Shown: piece after piece, positions 63,598 through 64,000 of the stretch | How positions within the stretch are numbered: position 1 is the first letter of the stretch | How the letters are laid out: the number at the start of each line of letters is the position of its first letter | Assembly: GCA_041664265.1 (NCBI GenBank) | Contig: JBAYLD010000001.1 | Location: 134,358 to 198,357 of the forward strand | Length of the DNA: 64,000 bases | Reading direction: 5' to 3' | Origin: Minisyncoccota bacterium | GTDB lineage: Bacteria > Patescibacteriota > Minisyncoccia > Phycocordibacterales > Phycocordibacteraceae | Notes under the pieces: generated by a model | What the model saw: the letters and a program-made list of their open reading frames with translations, nothing else | Told to the model about the DNA's origin: nothing | Databases searched by the model: none | Position numbers and translations under genes: made by a program

Positions 63598-63927
63598 ATG
63601 GATAGTAAAATCAGAATAATTTCCATGCCGCCGGGACAAGCTCCGGAAGAAGTGCGACGGGAGTGGATAGGAGCAGTAATGCCGCTCTTATCCAAACAAA
63701 ATACTCTGGGCTTTGAAAGCGGCGTTTTGGGAGGAGAGCCGGACATCCGAAACATAGGCGGGTATCGGGTTGACCCTGACGAGGCGATTTGTGCTCTCGT
63801 AGAGAAAAACACCAAAGCTTCCAACGCCGCGGCTCAGTGGTGGATCCACTGGCGTGAAAATACGCCATGGGGACAGTGTTGCAACGCTCTTGTCTTCAAC
63901 AAAGAAGTTTGCGAGGTCATTCCTTGA
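63598..63927 (+). CDS. Hypothetical protein
   Basis: 109 aa. SD gaaGGGGGTGaaaaaccg before the ATG. No recognisable domain. Confidence 0.35.
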   Translation: MDSKIRIISMPPGQAPEEVRREWIGAVMPLLSKQNTLGFESGVLGGEPDIRNIGGYRVDPDEAICALVEKNTKASNAAAQWWIHWRENTPWGQCCNALVFNKEVCEVIP

Positions 63928-64000
63928 ACATTGGACGGAGCCGGCACCCTACGGGGATGCCGGCTTCTTCTCTTTTTATCTACGGGATTTGGCGCGGTCG

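Noticed and set aside
1-64000. CRISPR arrays and cas genes
   Set aside because: Scanned for regularly spaced short direct repeats and found none. The only repeat pairs are the DGR TR/VR, the IS hairpins, the recG 3' duplication and the palindromic elements described above.

Overview
This is a GC-rich bacterial chromosomal window (GC not computed), dense with housekeeping genes. The clearly identified ones are gyrA, rpsA, pth, lepB, ybeY, ftsA, ftsZ, trxB, tsaD, valS, lepA, murJ, class II RNR nrdJ, gdhA, htpX, recG, ftsH and smpB. There are ten tRNAs, an RNase P RNA (rnpB) and a tmRNA (ssrA); the last two are not visible in the ORF track. Large TPR-fused glycosyltransferases, an orphan substrate-binding protein, a diversity-generating retroelement (DGR) and many pilin-like paralogs fit a small-genome, possibly Patescibacteria/CPR-like organism, but that is inference only.

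Accessory or unusual content:
(1) A complete DGR at about 48.6-51.1 kb: reverse transcriptase, Avd-like gene, template repeat (TR) and variable repeat (VR) with adenine-specific mismatches, C-type-lectin-like target gene and a hairpin downstream of the VR. The Avd-like gene lies on the opposite strand inside the spacer between the template repeat and the reverse transcriptase.
(2) A tandem array of six paralogous VirB2/TrbC-pilin-like small membrane proteins downstream of a methyltransferase and an orphan ABC substrate-binding protein.
(3) Two IS200/IS605-family (RAYT-like) Y1 transposase elements, each flanked by its own perfect hairpin doublets.
(4) A phage-like module next to the tRNA-Lys 3' end: tandem RuvC paralogs, a winged-helix protein and an XRE regulator.
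(5) Short palindromic repeats inserted in-frame into tsaD and recG.
(6) An AT-rich Nudix cassette flanked by perfect 50-bp direct repeats that duplicate the recG 3' end.
(7) A conserved ~51-nt palindromic element in two 5' leader regions.
(8) A tRNA-Ile with a UAU anticodon and a tRNA-Gly 3'-end att-like scar.

All calls come from reading the sequence and ORF translations. No database searches were run.
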